DNA of 64,000 bases. It comes from Trichodelitschia bisporula. Its lineage: Eukaryota. The notes beneath the pieces are model-generated. The model did not search any database. It was not told the origin of the DNA and worked only from the letters and a program-made list of their open reading frames with translations. The position numbers and the translations under genes were made by a program. Positions 26,266 through 38,193 of this stretch are shown here, in pieces (positions within the stretch are counted from its first letter, which is position 1; each line of letters begins with the position of its first letter). Location: positions 248,001 to 312,000 of the forward strand of contig ML996703.1 in the NCBI GenBank assembly GCA_010356995.1, written 5' to 3'.

Positions 26266-27298
26266 ATGGTCTTGGAGGCGACAATCATAGTGTAAGCTGA
26301 TGGAGCTCACCTTGCCCAGTATCATGTACTGACTGTCCCAGGATCGATAATAGCGAAAGCAGTCGGAATGGTGACTATGTGTTAGTTACCCTCTTCCCCT
26401 ATCCGCATCCGCTAATCCAGCCAGCTCGACCCGCTACGAGGCGCAAGCCGACACCGCGAAGTTAATCTACCATGCAAAGACGGGCGCCAACCCCGAGTCA
26501 TCGGTTGGCATGATGAGCATGGGAGGCACGAGCCCCGAGGTGCTGACAACGCTCACAACGGACTTTGGCAAGATCCTTGACGGACTGCACCGGACAAAGA
26601 TAAAGGGTGTCTCGCACTTCACCGCTGCCATCAACATTGCTGCTGTAGGTTTCTCACGGCTTGTCATTTCTATTCTAACGTCTCAGCTTGCCCTCAAACA
26701 CCGTCAGAACAAAAACTCCAGACAACGCATCATCATATTCTCGTGCTCGCCCATTGAAGATGACGAGAAGGCCATGGTCCGCTCGGCGCGGCGCATGAAG
26801 AAATACAGCGTGTCGGTTGATATCATCGCTTTTGGGGAGCTGGATGATGGGACGCTGAAGAAGCTGCGAGCCTTCCATGATAACGTCAAGAGCGGCGACG
26901 ACTCGCACCTCGAGATCGTGCCGCCGGGGCCCAACCTGCTCAGCGATGTCATCGTGACGGGGCCCATCCTCGCAGGTGAAGGCGGATCTGGAGGCGCGGG
27001 TGCTACCGGTGACACGGGCGACATCGGGGCAAGCCAGTTTGAATTTGGCGTCAACCCCGAGGTTGATCCGGATCTTGCTATGGCGCTACGGATGAGCTAC
27101 GAGGAGGAGAAGGCGCGACAGGAAAGGGAGCGGAAGGTGAAGGAGGAGGAGGAGGAGGCGAACAAGGAGAAGCTTGAGGGCATTCCCGAGGATGACGAGA
27201 AGCAGCCGCTGCTTGATGGCGGCGAGCCGAGCGGCTCGGGGTCTGGCTCGAAGGACCGCAAGGATAAGGACGACGAGGACAAGATGGACACGGCATGA
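26266..27298 (+). CDS. RPN10: 26S proteasome ubiquitin receptor Rpn10 (vWA + UIM); 3 introns
   Basis: MVLEATIIV.IDNSESSRNGDY, NPESSVG, LALKHRQNK, GPNLLSD, and UIM DPDLAMALRMSYEEE. Confidence 0.96.
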
Positions 27299-27547
27299 GT
27301 TTAGAGCACTACCGGCGTTCCGGCTAGATGAGATGGACGGGATCGGGCCGATATAGCATTAGTGTCTAACCCAATTTGCCCTGTCTGGTTGTTTTCAGGT
27401 CTTGCCTGCCATCTGATGTTTTCAGCTCCTTGCTGCGGCCTCGACCTCCGGATTCCGTCCCATGTTATGTCACGTGCCCACCGACGTAATAGCAATTTCC
27501 TCCCAACCTCTCAGACAAAAACCCAACATCACCATGCCTCCCCCCAG

Positions 27548-29168
27548 ATGACCGTCACAATGGCCGACGAAAAACCAGATCCCATAACCCTCTACGCCGA
27601 GCTCCTAACCAACCTCCGCACCTGCACCTTCTTCGCCTCCCTCAACACCGACTCCAATGCCGAGACCCGCGCAACCATGGCCTCGGACGGCCAGACTGTC
27701 ACCGTCACGCACGAGGGGCAAGAAGCCACGATGCGTCTGCCTATGACTATGGGCGGTGGGGGTGAGGCTGCACTCATGTTGCCGGCAAATCCGAGTAAGG
27801 AGCTTACGATGCGCCTCGTGTTGACGGAGCGCGAGACGGGACTTATTTGCTTTGATGAGACAAGTGAGGACCTTGTGCCGTGGGGTGCGGACCGGGTTAA
27901 AGGACGGGTTGTGTGCCGGTGTGGACGAGAGCTCGTGCAAGGGGTGCAGGAGTGGAGGGATCTGCCCCGTGAGGGGTGGGCCGAGATGATGGATTTCTGG
28001 CATTGTCATAAGCCGCACGAGGAGGGCGACCACAAGGACGTGGCCGCGAAGAAGGGCTACGGCGCGTCGCGGGGCGTGACGGCCTTGGAAAGTATCGGCC
28101 TGGTGGGATTGACGTATTTCGTGGTCAGCGAGCAGGACTGTACGGGCATCAAGGCAAGTCGCTTCTTTCATTCTCAGTCTCGTAGTTCTCCTCCATAGCC
28201 GGGTGACCAGAAGGAGACCAGCCCGCCGTCCAGGCACACCCACGGCCACGTCTCCGATACTATCACCCAAGAGCAAATCGCGGCGCTACACAGGCGCGCG
28301 GGGTTTCTAACCGCCTTGCGAGAGGCTGGTTTTCCCGCGCGTAAGCACTTTCCGCCCGGCCGTTTCACCGTCCCTTTTGGAGCTGTAAATTGGCTACGGG
28401 ATTATTGGCTGGATACATTTCTTACAAGTCGCAGGCGGTTCCGTCAGGCAGCGATGGTCGCGCGAGGTTGCGGTGCGAGAAGTGTGATTCTGTTGTGGGT
28501 GTTGTGGATAAGTTGGCGGAGGGGTGGCGGTTGTATAAGTGGGCTGTGGGGGTGAAGACGGGGGATGAGGTCGAGACGTTCAAGGTGCAGAAGTGGGTTA
28601 CGGCGCTGCTTGGGGCGGGGATTGAGAATTCGGGTGGACGGCGGTTTGTGGTGGAGGATGAGGACGAGGGTGGGGAGAAGGGGGCGCTGCTGGTGAGTTC
28701 GGCTTCTCACTGCTACCTGTGCCGTCGGGCTGACTATCGCAGCTCTGGGTCTTCACCGACGACCTCGCCTTCTCCTCCTCCGTAGGCCACACCGAGCGCC
28801 AGGACCCAACTCGCGCAATGAAGATATTCTGGAAGCGGATACCCAACCCAAAGCAACTGCTCGAGGAGCATCACTTCCAATACGAGCACCTGCCGCTCCC
28901 TACGAACGTGTATACAGATATCGAGGCCACGCTCGAGCGCAGCGCAGACATGCTCCCCCAGTCTGCGCGCAAGTTCCAGGACTGGGACGTGGGGATGTTG
29001 GAGAAGTTCGGGAATCGCGATCTTGGGTTTGAGAGTGTGGAGGATGGCTCGGTGGAGGAGGCGACGGGGCAGATGAGTGGACTTAATATGGGGGAGATGG
29101 AGGCGATGGAGACGGCGGCGGAGAGGGAGGTGAAGATGGTTGAGGGGGGGGAGGGATTGTTGGAGTGA
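27548..29168 (+). CDS. IPA1: HECT_2 / E2C-binding protein (Ipa1/UBE3D family); introns 28154-28434 (GC-AG) and 28693-28742
   Basis: LYAELLTNLR, WRDLPREGWAEMMDFWHCHKP, CEKC...WRLYKW, LWVFTDDL, AMKIFWK, and the C-terminal LPQSARKFQDW. Confidence 0.85.
28199..28420 (+). ncRNA. Intronic box H/ACA guide RNA, snR81-like (U2 snRNA Psi42 guide)
   Basis: Hairpin 1 stems GGGTGA/TCACCC and GGAGAC/GTCTCC flank pocket AGAA + GATACTA; H box AGAGCA at 28270-28275, 14 nt from the pocket; 3' hairpin CCGGCCG/TGGCTGG; ACA box at 28415-28417 followed by TTT. Confidence 0.8.
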
Positions 29169-30241
29169 TATGAGCGTTTTGGGGGACATTTGACGGCGCC
29201 GTGGTCGTGGAATTGCGAGAGTACATGGAGTCCAGTGGCTTTGGGTCGACAGTCGTGCATTGATTGAGGCGAGCTATTATAATCATGGGTGCTGAGTATT
29301 GCAGCCCGACGTCGCTCCTCCACGCAGACAAACTCAAGAGTGGTGATACCGTCGTCCTTGGATCACGAACCTTCATCTTCGTTCAAGCTTCGATCATGCC
29401 CAACTGACGATGAAGCCGAAAAAAGCATTGGCCGTCAACGTCGTAATTCCCAAACACCAGCCAATAAAACCCTCGATAATTCTTCTCCGGTTTTCCACCC
29501 TTGAACCAGCGCACAACAAAACTACTCGTTTCGTCCGGATGATTGGACCAGGAAGCCCATCTCGTCCCGATGTAGCCCAGACTACTGTGCCACTTGCGCA
29601 GAATCAGGAGATGAGCCATGAGCAGTCTTTGATCCGTGTCAATCCACTTTCCCTCATGAAGTCTGGCGTCTTTCCGGCGTCTTTCCGGCGTCTCTCCAGC
29701 GTCGAAATGGCGTCTCTACCCCCCCAGTTCCTCACCCCAAGTCTACCCCACCCCCTAACACCAACGCGCCTTTCCCCCCCATACCCTGCATGCTCGTCGT
29801 CCGGGCAGCCGCCGCAAACGCCGCCCGCATCAGTCTGCGCGTCGTGATTCAATCACGATTGATTATGCCCTCGTCCCTGTAACACTCACAACAAACCTCC
29901 ACCCTATCTTCACTCTCCCCCCCCCCGGTGGGGAAAAACACACGTCGTGAACGACAACAACGGCCCTCATTACTAACACACACAGCTGTGCCTGTCCGCG
30001 ACACACGCGATCCCGTACACTCTGCACTCTTTTGCACGACGCGAAAGCGGGCCGATACAAATTTCCCTCGCCCGAACGAGACACCCCCGCGCCACACCCG
30101 CTGCACACCGCGAGGGATAGAAACAAAGTAACAACACCAACACCAACACGCCCACTCGTTCGCTCCCGCTCCGCTCCGTAATCCCTCCGCCATCACCACC
30201 TCCCACCTACCACCGCATTATCCACCCCCTCACCACGCTCC

Positions 30242-32636
30242 ATGGCAATCCAAACTCCCAGCCGCCGTCTCGCCCGCCCCTCCCTCAACTCCGCAATCAA
30301 CACCGCCTCATCACCCAACCTCGCGCTCGCAGCTTCGACCGCCGTTGCGCGAAAGGCCTCGCTCAGCGCGCTTACAGCCGGTACCTCGCCCAACACGCCC
30401 GGGAAGATGGCAGGGGGCGATGGGCGCGAGATCGAGGCCGGCGATGCGGTGGATGTGCCGGGGGGCATGCATGGGGTTGTGAAGTTCGTGGGCAGTGTAC
30501 GGGGGAAGAAGGGTGTGTTTGCAGGTGTGGAGTTGAGTCGCGAGTATGCGAGTCGCGGGAAGAATGATGGGGATGTTGATGGGTGAGTTAGCGTGTCTGA
30601 GTGTTGTACGTTGCTGACAGCGCAGTGTACGCTACTTCACGACGTCTGTCGCTGGGTCTGGCATTTTCCTCCCTCTCCACCGCGCAACGAAGCGTGTAAC
30701 GTCACCCGCCCTAACTGGCGACACATATCCTCCCTCCCCTTCAACACCCTACAACGACTTCGCCCCCGATGCGCCCAAGTCCTACCAGTCGCCCACCCAT
30801 GCCCCGCCCAAGTTCTCCCAATCTGTCGGACCAGGCGCGCGACCCCCGAGCCCGCTCTTCAAAGCCAAGCAGCGCCCCTCCCTCCCGCGGCCCGAGTCAC
30901 CATTGCGCAAACCGCCGACCCTGGCGCCGACACCGGGGCGTGCCAGCTTCGGCGGCAACCCGCTCTCGAGATCACAACTCGGCGCGCCGCGATACACGCC
31001 CAGTCCTGCACCCAAGATGCCCCCGAAGAGCAGAACGCCCGTGCCTCCGCGCCCCTATTCTCGCTCCAACTCGCGCGCGAATTCAAGACTAGGGTTCAGC
31101 AGCTCGATAGACGAGAGCGCCGACACCACTCCCACAGCTAAGCAGAATCCCGCCCGCAGTAGCGATGGCTCCGCCGCCGGGTCCGGCGTGTCGTCAGGAT
31201 CGGGCTTCACGCCCGTTGCGCGCCGCGCCGCAGACGACAAAGGGGAGGAAGTCAACCGACTGCGCAAGATGCTACAAGAGCGAGACCGGCAGCTAAAAGA
31301 GCAAGCAACCTCACTCGCAGAGATGGAATCTAGCCTCTCCGAGCTCCAATCCCTAATCCCCAGCGAGGCCGGCTTCGCAGCCCACATGCGCTCGCGCAGC
31401 GGCAGCAGCTACGAAGACAACGACACGGCGGGTCTGCGCGCCATCATCCGCGAAAAGAACGAGAAGATCTCGATGCTGACGGCTGAGTTCGATGCGCACC
31501 GCGCTGATTTCCGGTCAACCATCGACACGCTGGAAATGGCGAGCAGCGAAACGGAACGCGTGTATGAGAAACGTGTTGAGGAGTTGCTGCAGGAGGTACG
31601 CGAGTTGCAGGAGCGGGGTATGGATGTTGATTCCGTTGCGCTGCAGCTCAAGCAGCTCGAGGAACAGGTCCAGGAGCTGGAGGAGGGGCTTGAGGATGCG
31701 CGCAGGGGCGAGGCGGAAGCGCGAGGCGAAGTCGAGTTCTTGAGAGGCGAGGTCGAGCGCTCTCGCTCCGAACTCAAGCGCGAGAAGGAGAAAGCCGCGG
31801 CGGCGCTCAAAAACGCGGCTCCTGCCGGCGCTCCTGCAGCCGGCACCGACGCCCGCGACCTCGAGCAGCGCGATGACGAAATTCGCGGCCTCAAGGCTAT
31901 CATCCACTCCCTGTCTTCCGGCGGCGCCGTCCCCGCTCTCGACGCTCCACCCTCAGACGATATGGAGCGTCTCTCCGCCGCGGTCGAGCGCCTGGAAAAG
32001 GAAAAGAAGGACCTGCAACAAGTCCTCGAGCGCAAGGCACAGCGCGAAGAGGAACTAGAGCGGGACATCGAGCGCCTGACCGCTGCCGCCGACGCGCCCG
32101 CCCACCGCGCGTCCGTCCTGTCTTCAGGCGGGTTTAGCGACCGCACGGCCACGGCGCTGGAGCGCCGTAACTCGGCGAGGGATAGCAAGGGCACTGTCGT
32201 CGGGGGTGCGTGGCGCGGGGGTGTAGGCACGGCTCTCGCCCCTATGGCCGAGGCGGAGAACGCGAGTGTTACGGATGCGCCGAGTACGGCCGGGAGTGGG
32301 GTCTTGTGGTGTGAGATTTGCGAACAGGGCGGGCATGATATTCTTTCTTGTGCGAGTATTGATGCCAGGAGGGAGGAACGGCCGCGCCCGTTGCAGTTGG
32401 GTGGCAAGTTGCCGCCGTTGCCCGGGGCGGCGCCGACGGCACCTTTGCCGACGCCCTTGGGGGGCGTGGCGGGCGCTGGGAATGGAGGGGTGGGGGTGGG
32501 GACGGGCGTGAGCGCGGTGTATGATGCGAGTGTCATTGCGGGGAAGGATGGGTCAAGGGATCCGAATAAGTGGTGTGCGTTGTGTGAGAGGGATGGGCAT
32601 GATAGTATTAATTGTGCGTTTGAGGATGAGTTTTAG
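30242..32636 (+). CDS. CLIP-170 family microtubule plus-end protein (Bik1/Tip1/ClipA-like); intron 30583-30625
   Basis: CAP-Gly motif GVELSREYASRGKNDGDVDG|VRYF, long coiled coil, two CCHC knuckles (CEICEQGGHDILSC, CALCERDGHDSINC), acidic-aromatic end EDEF. Confidence 0.9.
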
Positions 32637-33230
32637 CGGGGAGAAAGGGAGTAAGAGTGGTGGTGGTGGTAGTCCTATGATATCCTTTTACCTTGACTTT
32701 GTCGGGTCTGTGGTGGTTAGAGGCTGGGGAGGGAGGGAGTTGTGGTTTAAAACTGTTCTGATATTGACGCTTTCTTAGCCGACGATGCGGGATGATGGCG
32801 TAGATGCGGGATAGGATGTATGTTGTTGTAATCTTGATCTTGACCTTTGTGCCCCTGGTATGTGCGTGATAGACATTTGATGTGCTGAGTGAAGGCCGAG
32901 CCTCCTGCGGGATCTCGACAGCTACTGCTTGGTATTGAATCACAGTCGGGCGCTCAGGACGTGTCATGTCTCCGATCATCAGTCTGCTCGGTGCGTACCC
33001 GTATGTCTGCTTCGGCGTCGCAGGCTGGAGGACGACGGGCCTGGCGATGATATTATAGCAACCCGGCACACAGTCACGGCGGGAAGAAAGGGTTCAATGC
33101 GGGTATATGGAATTGAAGATCTACTACCCGAGGTGCCGTACGGGTCAGAGTTACCAGTTCAGCGCATTAATGGAAGCAAGACTTGGTATGTGCAAAGGCT
33201 ACGGTATAAAGCGAAAGGTTGATGAAAGAC

Positions 33231-33350
33231 GAAGAGCATCTCGAGACTAAATACACGATGCCAAGTATCCTCCTATGCTCCTTCCTCTTATTATCCGCAC
33301 ATTGCATCATATTCCTTCCCAAAGGTAAGATGCTCCTTCCTCCCATATCA
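33231..33350. repeat. Dispersed repeat, copy 1
   Basis: 29-nt core atgccaagtatcctcctatgctccttcct (33258-33286) identical to 57852-57880; similarity extends over ~120 bp. Confidence 0.85.
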
Positions 33351-36300
33351 ATACTCCTGCCTTGTCTACGTCATGCATAGACCGCCCCCAATTATGATGC
33401 TGGAGGCATGTTCGGCATACTGATGCGAGAGATGCTCGGCGGGCAAGCAAGGGCTCATGGAAAGGGATAGGTGGTTATCTACCAGGAGGTCATCGAAGCG
33501 GGAAAGAGTATACACTAGTTCTAGCATTGGGGAGGCTGCGGCCGCGGATCCGGTAGACGTTAATTAGGAGGTCGCGTGGCTCTCTGGAGTGGATGCGCCC
33601 CGTCAAGTCGGATCGAATGTACTGTACGTTCGCTTTGTCATAATGAGTGCCTTCTGTTCAGGAGAAGTGTCGAGCTCGGGAGAACTGAGATGGCGTGGTT
33701 CTCGCCGCTGACGTGTGGCTGTGGGCATGGAATAGGGAGCAGCTATGGGAGTTAGATGGACTCGAAGACGTGGCGAGAGGAGTAGCTCATCTTGCCGAAC
33801 TGGAACATGCTCTCCAGGCTACCTGGGAGCTTCCGGATCACACTGTAGTCCAGAGACCTCTTTGATGTCTGGATGGAAGTGACATCTGTCGGTGTTGGCG
33901 GAGACCATCAGATAAAGGAGTAATTAGCATTCATGACATTCAGGGCATCGACTTGAGGTGTGACGCTGGTACAAGACACTTCTGGCCCGAGAACCACTTG
34001 TGGAGGACTGGGGGACTTTCATACAGACTGGACGACTTGTCCCTGAGAGCCAAGTTTTGCGTGGTACGCCAGAAAAGCACAATATTCTGAGTTGAAACCT
34101 CGATTTCAAAGGTGGAGGAACGGCATATGAGCTAGGAAGCCGAGCGAGTGTGTTGAGGAGACTGAGATCGAGAACAGGGACAATAGACCAGACTCGAAAG
34201 ATCATTAGGGATAGCGTTGACCCGTGGGAACCCCACGTTGGTACAGAAGTGGAGTAAAGAGTCGGCAAACGGTGAGCCCTTCGATCATCGTATCTGATTC
34301 AATTCTCCGTTGGTATGGCGAGCGCATGCACACTCGGCCTCTCCAAGTGAGAGATCAAAGCTCAAGCAAGCGAACGGACATGAAAGTGTAGTGCGATTTA
34401 CAGGTCTACGGAGCCGGCACTACCGATACGAAGACGTTTGGGTATAGCCCTTTCGCCCCAGTCTTCACTCAGCCGCAATCAAGGAACCCGATACTCGCTG
34501 GACAAACAAAGGTTCAACGGCAACGGCAATAAGGAAAGATCCATACCCCGAGTGGTCCATCAAAGCTGAGATCCGGAAGCCGCGACGTCTAACCGTCTAA
34601 CCGTCTAACCAACGTCTCAAGAACCCTGGAGGCCTGAATCCTGCAAAAGTATTAGTGGAGGGCATCAAGAACGACCGTTGATACGAACCGTTGATACCCA
34701 ACGGCCAGCTTCAGCAGCGGAGATACTTCCCAACGTGTCAACCCGCAATCAACATCCCGCCAACGTCTTGCTCTGTTGGTCTCCCGCCCAAGCAAGGGAC
34801 CGCACCAGCCACCGCCCACGATATCACAACCTAGCCACGCAGCTCTCCCTTCAACCACCCCACGTCTCGTGCCTGACATCACACCTCGTCCCGCATGCAG
34901 CAACAAACATCTTAACAAGCTTCACAACCACTCAACCCCAACCCCACCCGCGCCGATCCTCCACCGGCCACCGCCAGGTCTAGGGTTTACAGCGCGACCC
35001 GGGGCTGTCGTCGGAGAGAACAGGAGCGAAGCGCGTCGACATCCGCAACCCGAATCGGGGAAGACGGTCAGCCCGCGGCGGTGCAGCGTGGCTAGTGGGG
35101 GCCAAGGAGCCAAGAATCGGCCCATTCTGCGCGGCAGGCTTTCGTAGATTAATCGCGCGGCGCGGGTTGGTCGCCGCGCCACGAGCGGGCCTGCGAGGCT
35201 GAGTCACCGTGGGCCCCGTCTGGGGGGGTGCGGCGTCGACGGCCCGGGGCTTGAGTGGGCGTGATGGGATGGGAATTGGGGAATTGGCGAATGGTGATGG
35301 GAGAGGTCGGCGCTGAGGTGTACGGGGTTTTGGCACTGTTACCCGCTGTACGACGTAGATCGGGTTGCATAGGGGAAGCTCGGAGTTTGGTTATCTCCAT
35401 GCTTTCCATTGAAGGCTTTGGGATTCTTATTCTCCTGTTGCCACGCATCGCGCCCTTCGTCGCACCCTTTGGCCCTGGCCCTCGTTGTGAACTACAGCAG
35501 TGTGCGCGTTGTACAGAGGCCGCACTGCTGGCTGCTTCGGATGGAAGGTTGAGGAAGACCCCCACTGAGGCGCGGGGCCACGGGATGGCATCAGGATGCA
35601 TATCCTGGGTTTAGAGAAGGGCCAGAACACACGGATACACGGTCTTGAATTGGGGGCAATATGGGAGAGACGTGGTTGGTGACAGTGCGTTCACCCACAA
35701 CATCAACCGTCAGCCTAGCGACCAGGAAGCAGTGAACGTTCATTCCTCGTCTTTCCATCTTCGGCATCGTAAGCGGCGATATTTTGGGTTGGTCGGGCTG
35801 CCGAGCGAATGGACGGGTTGGTGCCGAGCAACCTGACCGGAAGCTTTTGTCAGCGCGGGAGGGTCTGCGTGTTGTTTTGCGACGAATGAGCGTGCTATTG
35901 CTGAGGTATTTACGGCTTGGCCGATTGATGATCCCGCTCCCCGTTCGTCATCCAAGACGGTCGAGGCCAATGCGGAGGTTCTGGACAGATTGCCTCTTTT
36001 GCGGGGGAGAGCATGAGAGTGGACGATGGTTGCGTGCCCAATGATTGCGGGATGACGACTGCTCGTGAAACGCAACCTCATCGCGAACTGCTGAATACGG
36101 TTCTTGGCTTCATCAGATTATCAAATATATCGTGGCTAGTGTTGACCCCATAGTGGACGCGTGTTGGTAGCTAGGGTGCTTAACAATCCACATGAAGTCC
36201 ACGAGATGCTCCCTGCCGAGTCTCACAAATCCAACGGGTGCTTCCCGCTAAACCTCCAGTTCCTGAACGCATTCCCGTCTTTCCCCGGTTTCTACCGCAG

Positions 36301-38193
36301 CGGGATTCCCGAATTCCCCATCCAGACCTTCAGAGGCTCGTGATAGATTCTCACCAATGATACTCATCACCGTCAATGACCACACTCATCATGGTGGTCC
36401 CGTCAAGCTGGTGGCTACAACCGCCACAAGCCGTCGCGCTGCAGCGTCTCTTTTAAACCGTTAATTCGTCACCCGTTTCGCGGCGACGCGCAGACCAAAC
36501 TACGCGTGGGGTGTGTCTGATGTTTGTGAGGGTTGACGAGTCCCACGGCGACACTCGCCCTCCCCACTGATCCCCCCTCCACTAACAGGGCTTAGCGCCT
36601 CTCACCGGTCGGCTCACGGGCCCGCTCTGTGGCTCGGTCGCCGAGTCGTCAGAAGCTTGCGTTCGGTAGTAACCACTCACGCCCATTTAAAACCATCAAA
36701 GCTCCCCTGCGACTTGCATCTCCATATGACGCATTTATGCGCACGAGCAGCGTGCCCTTGCGGCGTGCAGTTGGCCCGCAGACCGACTGCGCGGGGGTGT
36801 GTGCGGCCGCGGTCTGGGTGGGTTGGTGGAGGGGTTGCGGTGTCTGGCTTTAGCTGCTGTCTGCCTCGTCCTGCGTGGAGTGCTGCTTGGAGTGGAATTA
36901 TTGGGGAATTCACTCTACTGATGCTTGTCCCTGCTTTCCCTTTGGGACCACGTCCGTTGCAAAGGGCGTGAAAGCCAGTCGCCGGTGGGCCAGTGGAGTG
37001 GGTCCAGTAGCTTTCCCCATGCCTCCACAAGTCGCGGGTCGTATCCTCGTACTGCGGAAAGGCGCACAGCAGCCTTCCTGAGTCGGAACGGCATGAAGGA
37101 ACACTTTTGACAACCAAGAATCCTTCGAAAGTAAAGCAGAGCGTTGATAGTAGTCGTTGTTGCACAAGACCGGTCTGACTTGCCCAGACGGTCAAAGGAT
37201 CTTGCGGGGAAAGACGGAGTTAGCATCCATCATTCACGCTCTCAATCCAGCTTTTCGCAGAGCGAGAGAGCGACAAGAATAACATGCGGTAAGTTGTTTT
37301 GGGGGTTTAAGCGTTCGTACTACCGGGACGGTAGAGTTCCTTCGGTACACGGTGCTCTCTCAGTGCGCCCCACCCCGGCCCGCCGCACGAGGCTTAGCAG
37401 TTAAGCGGCATTTAGCGTAGTTTAGCAGCGACTGGGGAAGGGACGAGGGAGAGCAAGGGCTGACAGCCCTCTTGGCATTTTAGGCTACAACATTTGACAT
37501 CTACCCCATCTTCACACCATCCCCCACCCGTTGCGTCTCCCTACTCTTCGTTCCCTCTGTAGCCTATCTCGAGTCTATCCATTGACTCCCATCTCTGCTC
37601 AATCATCCATTTCTCATTAGGGTCGTACAGCTCAGATCTGAACGCCCGTTCCATCACATTCATCCCGCCCCCGATATCAACCGGACTTCGTGTCGTGCAC
37701 TGCTGCTTCGCCCCGTTTCGTCTTTGGCAATACCAAGTTCGCACATTATCCCTCGCACCTTATCACTACGGAACCCACGACACCGCCTCGTCTCTGCCTC
37801 GAGACTACTGGTTAGCCTTCTCCACGTGTCCATCTTTGGTCCCCCCGAGAACCCTTCCCGCCTCCCGCATACTCCCTCTTCATCATCTAGGAGCACACCC
37901 TTCCCCGTCTTCAGCCGCGTACTACCCCATCACCCTTTTCATCACTCCATAAATACCATTTCTGCCGTTGAATGCGACTTGGAAACACGGCAAAGGCTCA
38001 ACAAAAGGCTCAGCGACGAGTCGGTCCACGGCACTGGCTTCCCCGCACCACCTGCAACTACCTGTCCTGGCACCCTCCGCCCTAGGACATATAGGCATCT
38101 AGTGAGTCACTTGAAGTGACATCTGCAAAGGTGCATTGCATCCCAATCCGTCATTGTCCCCGAAAAGCCCGGCAGTGTCCGACAATAAGTCCC

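Noticed and set aside
31409..32536. 375-aa minus-strand ORF (and similarly 63192-63968)
   Set aside because: Antisense shadows of the coiled-coil regions of CLIP-170 and Sec2
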